A DNA stretch of 38,431 nt from Acidimicrobiales bacterium (GTDB lineage Bacteria; Actinomycetota; Acidimicrobiia; Acidimicrobiales; SZUA-35), in NCBI GenBank assembly GCA_041584095.1, contig JBFHEP010000003.1, forward strand, positions 1 through 38,431, read 5' to 3'. Positions 8,019-17,009 of this stretch are shown here, piece by piece. The translations under genes and the position numbers were made by a program. The notes under the pieces are model-generated. The model did no database searches and was not told the origin of the DNA. It saw only the letters and a list, made by a program, of their open reading frames with translations. Every line of letters begins with the position of its first letter. The first letter of the stretch is position 1.

Positions 8019-9125
8019 CTACGACCAGATCCGGTCGGCAGTCTCGACCACGTGGCTGAGCTTGGCCCACTGTTCGCCCTCGGTCAGCGCATTGCCCTCC
8101 ACGGTGCTGGCGAAGCCGCACTGGGGGCTGAGGCAGAGTTGTTCCATGGCCACGAATGATGCGGCTCCGTCGACACGCCGGGCCAGATCGTCGTAGTCCT
8201 CCAGTTCCGGACGTTTGCTGGTGACCAGACCCAGGACGACCGTCTTGTCGGCCGGCACATGGCGAAGGGGGGCGAAGTCGCCGGAACGCTCGTCGTCGTA
8301 CTCCAGGAAGTAGGCATCGACGTTCAGCTCGTTGAACAGCACCTCGGCCACCGGTTCATAACCGCCCTGGGCGAACCACGTGCTGCGGTAGTTGCCCCGG
8401 CAGAGGTGAACGCCGACGGTGAGGTCGTCGGGTCGGCCGTCGATGGCGTTGTTGATCAACTCGGCGTAGGAGCGCGGGAGTTCGTCGGGATCGTCGCCCC
8501 GCTCCACGGCCCCCTCCCGCATGACCGGATCACAGAGATAGGCCAGGTTGGTGTCGTCGAGCTGGATGTAGCGGCAGCCGGCGGCGTACAGGGCGTCGAT
8601 CTCGGCCTTGTAGGCGGCGGCCAGGTCGGTGAAGAACACCTCGAGATCGGGATAGGCGTCGATGTCGATCCCGGCCCGTCCGCCACGGAAGTGGACCATT
8701 GTCGGTGACGGAATCGAGACCTTCGGCGTCTTGGTGGTGACCGAGGCCAGGTACCGGTAGTCGTCGACCTGGATGTCTCGGACGTGGCGAAGCGGCCCGT
8801 CGACGGTCAATTTGGGTGGGGTCATGTGTACTGTGTCGGCCGAATCCGAACTGGACGCGATGTTGCCGGTGACAACCACGCCGTCGAGCTGCTCCAGGAA
8901 GTCGAGATGGAACCAGCCACGGCGGAACTCGCCGTCGGTGATGCTCTGCATGCCGGTGCCCTCCAGCTTGGCGACCGCCTCGGCGATGGCCTCGTCCTCG
9001 ACGTGCCGCAGTTCCTCGGCCGAGATCTCGCCGGCCGCCCGTTCGGCCCGGGCATTGTGGACACGCTCGGGTCGCAGGAGACTGCCGACGTGATCGGCTC
9101 GGAACGGAGGATTGAGACGGTTCAC
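8019..9125 (-). CDS. Cobalamin-independent methionine synthase-like protein, catalytic domain only (YxjG/YxjH type)
   Basis: PPFRADHVGSLLRP, ITDGEFRR, YIQLDD, Zn ligands in HLCRGN, FLEYD and SPQCGFAS; 368 aa, about half of full MetE. Confidence 0.9.
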   Translation of the reverse strand: MNRLNPPFRADHVGSLLRPERVHNARAERAAGEISAEELRHVEDEAIAEAVAKLEGTGMQSITDGEFRRGWFHLDFLEQLDGVVVTGNIASSSDSADTVHMTPPKLTVDGPLRHVRDIQVDDYRYLASVTTKTPKVSIPSPTMVHFRGGRAGIDIDAYPDLEVFFTDLAAAYKAEIDALYAAGCRYIQLDDTNLAYLCDPVMREGAVERGDDPDELPRSYAELINNAIDGRPDDLTVGVHLCRGNYRSTWFAQGGYEPVAEVLFNELNVDAYFLEYDDERSGDFAPLRHVPADKTVVLGLVTSKRPELEDYDDLARRVDGAASFVAMEQLCLSPQCGFASTVEGNALTEGEQWAKLSHVVETADRIWS

Positions 9126-9217
9126 CGGATTACCCCTTGCTGCTCATGGCGGCGCTGTACGACAGCGCCAAGCGTAGTCGTCGGACCAGGTTTGATCGAC
9201 ACCGATACCGTGAGGTG

Positions 9218-10441
9218 GTGCAGCAGATCGACGCCTCGGTATCCGCCGCTCGAATCGGCCGTTTCCCGATCGGAGCCACGGTCACCATCGACCAGCTGAC
9301 CGACGATCTGCACCCCACTCTGGCCCGGCTCCGGGCAAGCGAGCCGATCTCCTGGCTGCCGTCGATCGGCGGCTGGCTGGTGACCGGGTACGGCGGCGCT
9401 TTGGAGGTTCTTCGAGACCCCGTCCGTTTCACCGTCGACGACGAACGTTTCACCACCGGCAGGGTTGTCGGCCCGTCGATGCTGTCGACGGACGGAGAAG
9501 CGCATCGAGCCCACCGCGGTCCGTTCGAGCCGCTTTTCCGCCGGGCGTCCGTGGTCGAGATGACCGGGACGATCCGTTCGACCGCGGCGGATCTCGTGGA
9601 GGAGCTCAACTCCGGTGGAGCTGCCGAGCTTCGAACGGCCTACGCCGCGCCCTTGGCGGTCTCGGTCATCGCCGCCTTTCTCGGCTTCCACGACGATCGC
9701 ACGACTGCCGCCGATGTGGCCGAGGTGGACAGCCGACTGTTGAAGGCGTACCGAACCATCGTCGACACCGTTGTCGGGCTGGGGACCGGCGCCGCCGATC
9801 CCGACGACGCGGCCGACGCCATGGCCGACCTCGGACAGCTCATCGAGCAGGCGATTGGCGCCGGTGGGCCGCTGGCACAACTGATCGAAAGAGGCGGAGT
9901 AGCGGAGGAACAACTCCGCTCGAACGTGGCGGTGATCCTCTTCGGGGCCATCGAAACCTGTGAGGGGATGACGGCCAATGCCATCGCCCACGTGCTGGCC
10001 GACCGGTTCTGCGCTGAACGGATTCGTGACAGGTCCGTTGACGTCGACCGGGTGGTGAACGAATCCCTACGTCTCGAACCGGCGGCCGCCGTCGTGGATC
10101 GATACGCGACGGCCGACATCGATCTTCCCGGCCCGACGGGGACCGTCTCGATCGTGGCCGGTGATCTTGTCGAGGTTTCGCTCGCCGGCGCCAATCGGGA
10201 TCCGAACGTGTTCGATCACCCGGACCGATTCGACCCGGGTCGGGCCGGCGTCGGCCAACATCTGGCCTTCGCCCGGGGTCCCCATGTCTGCCTCGGTCTG
10301 CATCTGGCCAAACTGCAAACTGCGGTGGCCCTCGAGACGCTCCTGATGATGCTTCCCACGATCCGCCTCGACGAGGCGAACTCGACGCCATCCCGGGGCC
10401 ACATCTTTCGCAAGCCGGAGCGGTTGGGAGCCGTCTGGTGA
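9218..10441 (+). CDS. Cytochrome P450
   Basis: I-helix FGAIET, ExxR (ESLR), ANRDP..F..PDRFDP and heme motif FARGPHVCLG. Start likely GTG 9215 or 9218 rather than 9137. Confidence 0.93.
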   Translation: MQQIDASVSAARIGRFPIGATVTIDQLTDDLHPTLARLRASEPISWLPSIGGWLVTGYGGALEVLRDPVRFTVDDERFTTGRVVGPSMLSTDGEAHRAHRGPFEPLFRRASVVEMTGTIRSTAADLVEELNSGGAAELRTAYAAPLAVSVIAAFLGFHDDRTTAADVAEVDSRLLKAYRTIVDTVVGLGTGAADPDDAADAMADLGQLIEQAIGAGGPLAQLIERGGVAEEQLRSNVAVILFGAIETCEGMTANAIAHVLADRFCAERIRDRSVDVDRVVNESLRLEPAAAVVDRYATADIDLPGPTGTVSIVAGDLVEVSLAGANRDPNVFDHPDRFDPGRAGVGQHLAFARGPHVCLGLHLAKLQTAVALETLLMMLPTIRLDEANSTPSRGHIFRKPERLGAVW

Positions 10442-10604
10442 ACAACGCCCGGTGCTTGCGGCTCGGCCGATGATCGGGAACGGTGCCGCTCGTGATAGAC
10501 AGGCCCCATGACCGTCGCACCTGCGGAGAGGTCCTTACCGAGTCTCGCCTGGCGGCGAAACACCGTCCGCTGGTGTCTTTCGTATGGGATCGGAAGGTAG
10601 ATCA

Positions 10605-11717
10605 GTGACCGAATTCGACCCGGACCGGGCGGCCGCGGAGCTTCTGCACCACGCCGATGACGACCTCACGGCCGGGCGTCCACTCGGCCCGCCGATCGTC
10701 CCGGCCAGCCTGTACGTTCTGCCCGGTGAACCGGCGGGCCCGTACCAGTACGGTCGATGGACAAACCCCACCTGGGACGCCACCGAGCACGCCCTGGCGA
10801 CCCTCGAGGGTGCCCCGGTGGTCAGCTTCCCGTCGGGGATGGCGGCCATCGCATCGGTGCTGTGCTCGCTGGTGCGATCCGGGCAGCGGGTGCTGCTGCC
10901 GTCCGACGGCTACCACACCACCCGCCTGCTGGCCGAACAGTATCTGCGCCCCAATGGCGTGGTCGTCGACGAGTGCCCGACCCATTCGCTCGACGAGGCC
11001 GATCTCACCGGTATCGACGTCGTCTTCGTCGAAACGCCATCGAACCCGACGCTGCAGATCTGCGATCTGAGCGCCCTGGGCGAGCGGGCGGCAGCAGCCG
11101 GTGCTCTCACCGTTGCCGACAACACCACGATGACCCCTCTCGGTCAACGTCCGTTGGATCACGGGATCGATATGGTCGTCTCGTCCGACACCAAAGCGGT
11201 CAACGGACATTCCGACGTGCTGTTCGGTCACGTCGCCACCAGAAATCCAGAGCTGATGGAACCCGTGAATCAGTGGCGAAAGGTGACCGGGGCGATTCCC
11301 GGTCACTTCGAGTCATGGCTGGTTCACCGTGGGCTGGAGACGCTCGAGTTGCGATTCAACCGCATGTGCGATTCGGCCGAGGTGATCGCCGACCGCCTGG
11401 TCGGGCACCGGAATGTCCGCTCGGTGAACCACCCCAGCCTGGCCTCCCATCCCCAACACGATCTGGCCGGCCGTCAGATGCATCGTCACGGGCTCCTGAT
11501 CGGGATCGAGTTCACCGACGCCGCCACCGCCGACGCGTTCGCCGAGAAGAGTGAATTCGTCATCCCGGCCACCAGTTTCGGCGGGACCCACACGATCGCC
11601 GATCGGCGAGCACGCTGGGGAGACCGGGTTCCCGAAGGTTATGTCCGACTGTCTGTCGGATGCGAGCCTACAGAGCCTCTCTGGGCGTCGATCGAGCGAA
11701 CCCTCGACACGCTGTGA
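10605..11717 (+). CDS. Cystathionine gamma-lyase-like PLP enzyme (Cys/Met metabolism family)
   Basis: YGRWTNPT, FPSGMAAI, ETPSNP, DNT, SDTKAVNGHSD (PLP Lys), TSFGG and RLSVGCE motifs; GAAGG RBS before GTG 10605. Confidence 0.92.
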   Translation: MTEFDPDRAAAELLHHADDDLTAGRPLGPPIVPASLYVLPGEPAGPYQYGRWTNPTWDATEHALATLEGAPVVSFPSGMAAIASVLCSLVRSGQRVLLPSDGYHTTRLLAEQYLRPNGVVVDECPTHSLDEADLTGIDVVFVETPSNPTLQICDLSALGERAAAAGALTVADNTTMTPLGQRPLDHGIDMVVSSDTKAVNGHSDVLFGHVATRNPELMEPVNQWRKVTGAIPGHFESWLVHRGLETLELRFNRMCDSAEVIADRLVGHRNVRSVNHPSLASHPQHDLAGRQMHRHGLLIGIEFTDAATADAFAEKSEFVIPATSFGGTHTIADRRARWGDRVPEGYVRLSVGCEPTEPLWASIERTLDTL

Positions 11718-11868
11718 TTCCCAGGGAAATGGCCGGCTCCACGTTCGGCCGATCACTAACGTTCGACGCGGATTTGGTGAAGTCCTCGCTTCAGGCTGAT
11801 CTCGCTCGTAACATGGTCGCAACAAAGTCGGGCTGTGGGGGTCCGGCCGAGCAGGCAGAAACAATCTG

Positions 11869-12921
11869 GTGTTGACACGCGGAGACGTCGAGAACCTCGA
11901 TCCGATCGAGGAGGATCTGGGATGGGACGGCCGCGATCTTGCAGCGCTTCCCGACGATGTCGCGTTCACCACCGGCGACTGGCTGGCCCTGCTGAAGCCG
12001 GCGGGCCGGCCGGCAATCCGATCGTGGCGGACGTGGAAGCGGCTCTCGGGCATGGTGGCGGTCATCTCGGGGATTGCCCTGGTCGTCGTCACGTTCTCGT
12101 CCGGTCGTCCCCTCACCGATACGTCGGTGAATCTGGAGACTGCGGGTTTGGCGTCGGTCTCGCCCGATGCCACCGATGAGACGAATCCGGCGGCGTCGAC
12201 GGTACCGCTTGAACTGGTTGCCGGAATCAGCCCGAATCTCGTGTCTTCGGCGGAGGCCGAGTTCCTCGGCCTGATCGCTCCACCCGCCGAGTCGACCACC
12301 TCGAGCACCTCGACGACGGCCCCGACCACAACGACCGCTGGCTGGGCTCAACGCCCGATCCCGCCGGAGTCGGAGTGGATCGACGCCGGCAATGGTGTCG
12401 CCGTACCCGAGGTCCTGCTCCGGATCCGATACTGCGAATCCACCAACGACTACAAAGCGGCCCACGCCGTCTCCAGCGCTCGCGGTGCGTACCAGTTCCT
12501 CACGAGCAGCTGGGAGTACTACGGCCATGCGGCCCGCTACGGAGCGGCCCGCGCCGATCTGGCGACCCCGGCGCAGCAGGACGAGGCCGCGGTGCTGACC
12601 GTGAAACGGGACGGCACGAGACCCTGGTTGGCCAGCCGCCATTGCTGGGGATCGAACAGCCTCCGCGCCGATCATGCTTCCATCAAACCGCCGGCACGGT
12701 CCACAACCACGACATCGGCGGATACGACCAGTTCGTCGGCGACGGGCAGCCAGTCGACGGCGGCCGGTTCGACGTCGACGGTCACGAGCACCACCGCACC
12801 AACCACATCGACAACAGTCTCGACGACGAACGGGACCGAAACGACCGCAACGACGACCTCCACCTCTACATCGAGCTCGACGTCGGCGTCGACCAGCGGG
12901 TCGACGTCGTCCACCGGTTGA
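11869..12921 (+). CDS. Membrane-anchored Rpf-like transglycosylase with Ser/Thr-rich linker and tail
   Basis: One TM segment, then IRYCES...GAYQFLTSSW...ATPAQQD...G..PW...C (catalytic Glu and Cys pair as in Rpf/lysozyme-like domains). Confidence 0.8.
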   Translation: MLTRGDVENLDPIEEDLGWDGRDLAALPDDVAFTTGDWLALLKPAGRPAIRSWRTWKRLSGMVAVISGIALVVVTFSSGRPLTDTSVNLETAGLASVSPDATDETNPAASTVPLELVAGISPNLVSSAEAEFLGLIAPPAESTTSSTSTTAPTTTTAGWAQRPIPPESEWIDAGNGVAVPEVLLRIRYCESTNDYKAAHAVSSARGAYQFLTSSWEYYGHAARYGAARADLATPAQQDEAAVLTVKRDGTRPWLASRHCWGSNSLRADHASIKPPARSTTTTSADTTSSSATGSQSTAAGSTSTVTSTTAPTTSTTVSTTNGTETTATTTSTSTSSSTSASTSGSTSSTG

Positions 12922-13436
12922 TGTCGATCGGGCCGGCGCCCTCCATCCTCTTCCTCTGCACCGGCAACGCCTCCCGATCGGTGATGGCCGCCGCAGCCCT
13001 GACCCGCCGCCGACCGGAACTTCCCGTGGCAACGGCCGGCACGTTGGTGCTCGAAGGTCTACCAATGAGCACCAGGACCCGCCAGGCCATGCTCGAAGCC
13101 GGTGTCACGCCGTCGGAGCACCGATCACGGCAGGCCACCGCGACGATGTTGGCCGAGTCGAGCCTGGTGATCGCCGCCGCTCCTGAGCATGTTGCCTGGG
13201 TCCGCCGCGAGCACCCGGGCCACATCGCTCGGACGGCGACCTTGATCCATCTCGTGCGGAACCTGTCGACTGCGCCGTCGCCGCTCACGAAGCGGGTCAC
13301 CGAACTGGGCCTCGACGCCCACGTGCCCGGGCCCGACGAGGAGATCATCGATCCCGGCGGTGGAGAGCTCGGTCTCTACGTGCAGGTGGCTCGTCAGATC
13401 GTTTCACTGATCGACGACCTTGCAGCGCGCCTGTAG
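12921..13436 (+). CDS. Low-molecular-weight phosphatase / arsenate reductase family protein
   Basis: P-loop ILFLCTGNASRS (Cx5R), TAGT, HRSRQ and IIDP motifs; ATG 12921 overlaps the upstream TGA. Confidence 0.88.
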   Translation: MSIGPAPSILFLCTGNASRSVMAAAALTRRRPELPVATAGTLVLEGLPMSTRTRQAMLEAGVTPSEHRSRQATATMLAESSLVIAAAPEHVAWVRREHPGHIARTATLIHLVRNLSTAPSPLTKRVTELGLDAHVPGPDEEIIDPGGGELGLYVQVARQIVSLIDDLAARL

Positions 13437-13482
13437 ACGGCTGGGCGGTGGACCTCCTCCCCATCGCTCCGCGGCTCGTCCT

Positions 13483-14112
13483 TCACGATGTCCGCTCGAA
13501 CAGGTAGGCAAATGGGGATTTGGTGTAGCCGATCCCTCTGCCGAGCTGGTGAAGGCGCTCGACGGTCACGAGCTGGCGCCTCTTGGGGATGAAGTAGGTG
13601 TGCAGTTCGCGAGTGTCGACCCGATAGCCGTCCGGCCCTCCGGATGTGATCACCGCGGCGAGCCGGTAGCGGTCGTCGATGTCGGCCATCGCCGCGTCGC
13701 CGTGGCTGGGATTCACCAGGAGATGCCCGCCGGGCCGCAGGTAACGAGTGCAGTGCTCGGACACGAAGCCGGCGTACAGCGACACGAGCAGGTCGAACGA
13801 ACCCTCCAGCAGACCCAAGTCGGCCCGGTAGTCACCAGCGACGAACACGACCGTTCGGCTCTCGTGACTCGTCTGGTTGTCGGCGATGATCTGGTCGACT
13901 CCCTCGGTGTCATCGAAGAACGTTTTCGCTCGGCGATCGGTGTCGACGTAGGTGACCGCCGGGAACACGAACGAGGCCGCAATGTCCACGAAGGAGCCGG
14001 GATACAGGACGAGTGACGCCTCGACTCGCTTCGAAACGGCGGCGAACAGACGGAGTCGGTCGCCGTTGTGCTGGTTCTGCTTCGCCCACAGCTCCGCGGT
14101 CGCCGGCTTCAT
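13483..14112 (-). CDS. Putative class I SAM-dependent methyltransferase-fold protein
   Basis: VLYPGSFVD, TYVD, FDLLVSLYAG and YLRPGGHLLV resemble Rossmann MTase motifs; start re-called to ATG 14112. Confidence 0.6.
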   Translation of the reverse strand: MKPATAELWAKQNQHNGDRLRLFAAVSKRVEASLVLYPGSFVDIAASFVFPAVTYVDTDRRAKTFFDDTEGVDQIIADNQTSHESRTVVFVAGDYRADLGLLEGSFDLLVSLYAGFVSEHCTRYLRPGGHLLVNPSHGDAAMADIDDRYRLAAVITSGGPDGYRVDTRELHTYFIPKRRQLVTVERLHQLGRGIGYTKSPFAYLFERTS

Positions 14113-14150
14113 TCGACCACCGTGCCACGCTTCATCAGTCGCGTTGGTCG

Positions 14151-14738
14151 TCAGGTCGGCGTGTCGAGATTTCGTCCGAGCCGGTAGAACTCGTCGTTCG
14201 GCCGCATGGCCGACATGTTGGCCAAGCGGTTCGACATGGCGAAGAAGGCGGCGATGGCGCCGATATCCCAGATCTCGTCGTCGCTGAAGCCGGCCGCTCG
14301 CAAGTCGTCGAGGTCTTCGTCGGTGATGGCAGCCGAGTCGAGGGCCACGGCCAGCGCGAAGTCGACGATGTACCGTTCCCGATCGGAGAGATCGGCCTTC
14401 CACGGATTGATGGCCAGCTGGTCGGCCAGGATCTCGTTCTTGCTGCGAATTCGAAGAATGGCGCCGTGGGCGATCACGCAGTACAGGCAGCCGTTCTGAG
14501 CGCTGGTGGCGACGACGATCATCTCCCGCTCGGCCTTGGACAGACCAACATCGGAGTTCATCAGAGCGTTGTGGTGATCGAAGAATGCCCGGAACTCGTC
14601 CGGCCGGTGGGCCAGGGCCAAGAACACATTCGGGATGAAACCGGACTTCTCCTGCACCTCGGCGATCATGGATTGCATGTCGTCGGGCAGGTCGTCGAGT
14701 TCGGGAACGGCGAAACGGGAGATGGGATGCTCGGGCAT
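14151..14738 (-). CDS. AhpD-like peroxidase-related enzyme (carboxymuconolactone decarboxylase family)
   Basis: KSGFIPNVFLALAHRPDEFRAFF, EREMIVVATSAQNGCLYCVIAHGA (CxxC..H) and FAMSNRLAN motifs. Confidence 0.93.
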   Translation of the reverse strand: MPEHPISRFAVPELDDLPDDMQSMIAEVQEKSGFIPNVFLALAHRPDEFRAFFDHHNALMNSDVGLSKAEREMIVVATSAQNGCLYCVIAHGAILRIRSKNEILADQLAINPWKADLSDRERYIVDFALAVALDSAAITDEDLDDLRAAGFSDDEIWDIGAIAAFFAMSNRLANMSAMRPNDEFYRLGRNLDTPT

Positions 14739-14824
14739 GGCCCCAGCATGCCACAGCGTCGGCGAACCCACCGCACGGTCGATCCCGGGCTCAAGGCCCG
14801 TCGTCTTCCCGACGATTACCGGAT

Positions 14825-16897
14825 ATGCCCGGATCCAGCCCGGCGGGCGGGCGTTTGGTGGTCAGGCTTGCCGTGCTCGCGGCGGTCACAATGATGCTGG
14901 TCGGCGCGTCGCCGATCGCTCGCTACCTCGGCTTGCCGCTCAGTGTCACCGTCGAGCCGGCGGCCGCCACCGACTTCGCGTGTGGCCCTTACACGCCGCT
15001 TGCACCGTCGGGGGGAGTCGTCCGCTCCGTGTCGAATCAGGCCGAGCTGACCGCGGCGCTGGCCGCAGCCCGCCCCGGCGACGTGATCAATTTGGCCGAC
15101 GGTGTGTACACCCGCATCGACTACCAGCTCGATCGGGGCCACCGCCCCGGCACCGCGTCGGCTCCGATCGTCATTCAGGCGGCTGCCGGAGCCTCCCCGA
15201 TCGTCGACGCCGGCGACAACGGCAACCCGAGCCGTCGCTTCGCGGTCTCCCTCATTCGCACCGCGCACGTCCGCGTTCGCGGGCTGGAGATCCGCAATGG
15301 CATCTTCGGAGCGTTGTCGCGGGGGAGCGCGTCGATCACCTTCGAACACAACCACATCCATCACCTCGGCCAGGTCGGAGTCGCGACCGGCGCCGCCGAA
15401 ACCACCTCCGGCTACGAACCATCGTCGAACACGGTCATCCGCTGCAACCGAATCCACCACACCGGCATGCTCGATCACGAATACGGGGAGGGCATCTACG
15501 TCGGCACCGGAAGCACGGGTGTCGTCGACCGCACAACCGGTGTACTGATCGAGGGCAATGAGATCCATTCGATCGCCAACGAGGCCGTGGACGTCAAGCG
15601 ATATACAACCGATGTCACCATCCGCCACAACCTCATTCATGACGTCACGCCCTACTACGGCGGGGCGATCTCCCTCGGCCTGAACAAGAACAATTGGGGC
15701 CCGGCCAACTACCTGGTCGAGGAGAACTCGATCTGGAATGTGTCGTCGGGCCTGTACTACGCCCAGGCGATCGCCGTGGCCCACGGGCCCACCGTCATCC
15801 GCAACAACAGGATATGGAGCGTTGAAACCCGGATCTCCGACTCGTGGCCCTGGACGGCCACCATCCAGGTCCACGGCGACGACAACAACGCCGACTGGGC
15901 CTACGGTTTCGGCAACCCGACGGCCAACCGGGTCGACATCGTCGGCAACACGATCATCGGCTGCAACCAGGGCTGCATCGACAGCTACACCGACCCCGGG
16001 CAGATCACGCCCACACTGAACGTCGAGTCGAACATCGTCGACCGTGCTTCCACCGGTGCCGCCAGCAACGGCACCGACATCATCGTGACGGCGGCCGACC
16101 TCGTGGGACCGGTGACCGGCACAGCCGACAGCGGTGCAGGGCCCGGCTCTGGTCTACGTTTGCGTTCATCGCCCCCTCCGACGACGACGGCTCCGCCCCC
16201 ACCGCCGCCGACGACCACCCGCCAGTCGACGACGGTCGCCACGACATCCTCGTCGGCGCCGAGGAAGCCGAAATCATCTTCACCGCCCACGACCACCGCT
16301 CGCACCCGTTCGACGCGACAACCAACCCGGGACTCCACCACATCGGTTCCAGCCATCCGGCCGTCCGCGACACCGTCGACCGACACGGCCCGCGCTGGAA
16401 ACGGACCAGCAGGCCCGGTTCCGGTCGTGGGCGCCGGCCCGACCGCGCCACCGGGTCCACGGCCGGCGAGCGGTGTGAACACCACAACTCGACCGTCCAG
16501 ATCGATCTCGACCACCCGGGCGGCCACCACCCAACAAGCGGTCGGGTCGACCGCGGCGAGCTGGTGGCGACGGGGCCCGTCCGATCTGCGGTTGTTCCTC
16601 GACCTCAATCTGGGCCCCGATATCGAGACCACGCACAAACCGCCGGGAACCCCGTTTCCACAATCGCCGGACGGCCCGAACTGGCTGGTGGCGCTGACGA
16701 CATCGGTGGAGCCGATGGAAACCCGCGAACGGATCACGCCGACCAGCGCCGGCCACCACCGGGAAGGACCGATCGACAACGCCACCACAACCGATGATCA
16801 GGGGTCGGCCACACCCATCCTCGATCGCGGATCCACCGGCGAAGTGCCCAACACGACCCAACGGGAACGCACTCCGGGCCTGACCGCCTCCCCGTAG
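14825..16897 (+). CDS. Secreted right-handed parallel beta-helix protein (pectate lyase-like fold) with a long Pro/Thr/Ser-rich tail
   Basis: Signal peptide, ELTAALAAARPGDVINLADGVY cap, GTASAPIVI, repeated IxxNxIH turns and GEGIYVG; low complexity from about 16170 onward. Confidence 0.8.
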   Translation: MPGSSPAGGRLVVRLAVLAAVTMMLVGASPIARYLGLPLSVTVEPAAATDFACGPYTPLAPSGGVVRSVSNQAELTAALAAARPGDVINLADGVYTRIDYQLDRGHRPGTASAPIVIQAAAGASPIVDAGDNGNPSRRFAVSLIRTAHVRVRGLEIRNGIFGALSRGSASITFEHNHIHHLGQVGVATGAAETTSGYEPSSNTVIRCNRIHHTGMLDHEYGEGIYVGTGSTGVVDRTTGVLIEGNEIHSIANEAVDVKRYTTDVTIRHNLIHDVTPYYGGAISLGLNKNNWGPANYLVEENSIWNVSSGLYYAQAIAVAHGPTVIRNNRIWSVETRISDSWPWTATIQVHGDDNNADWAYGFGNPTANRVDIVGNTIIGCNQGCIDSYTDPGQITPTLNVESNIVDRASTGAASNGTDIIVTAADLVGPVTGTADSGAGPGSGLRLRSSPPPTTTAPPPPPPTTTRQSTTVATTSSSAPRKPKSSSPPTTTARTRSTRQPTRDSTTSVPAIRPSATPSTDTARAGNGPAGPVPVVGAGPTAPPGPRPASGVNTTTRPSRSISTTRAATTQQAVGSTAASWWRRGPSDLRLFLDLNLGPDIETTHKPPGTPFPQSPDGPNWLVALTTSVEPMETRERITPTSAGHHREGPIDNATTTDDQGSATPILDRGSTGEVPNTTQRERTPGLTASP

Positions 16898-17009
16898 CCG
16901 TCGACCGCACGGCGGTTTGCCGCCCACCGCGCGCTGAACGGCGCCTGCTGGATCGCCTGGTACTACGATGCGCTCACATGACAATCGGCGCGGAGGCAGT
17001 GAACAAGCC

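Noticed and set aside
10442-10604. SAM or glycine riboswitch upstream of the cystathionine lyase (GGAGAG seen)
   Set aside because: The remaining conserved cores are not recognisable by eye; an Infernal/Rfam scan would settle it.
11718-11868. c-di-AMP (ydaO) riboswitch ahead of the Rpf-like gene
   Set aside because: The expected conserved segments were not found and the gap is short.
14113-14754. Apparent fusion or extension of the methyltransferase-like ORF
   Set aside because: The extension overlaps the AhpD-like gene in a different frame and is Arg-rich noise.
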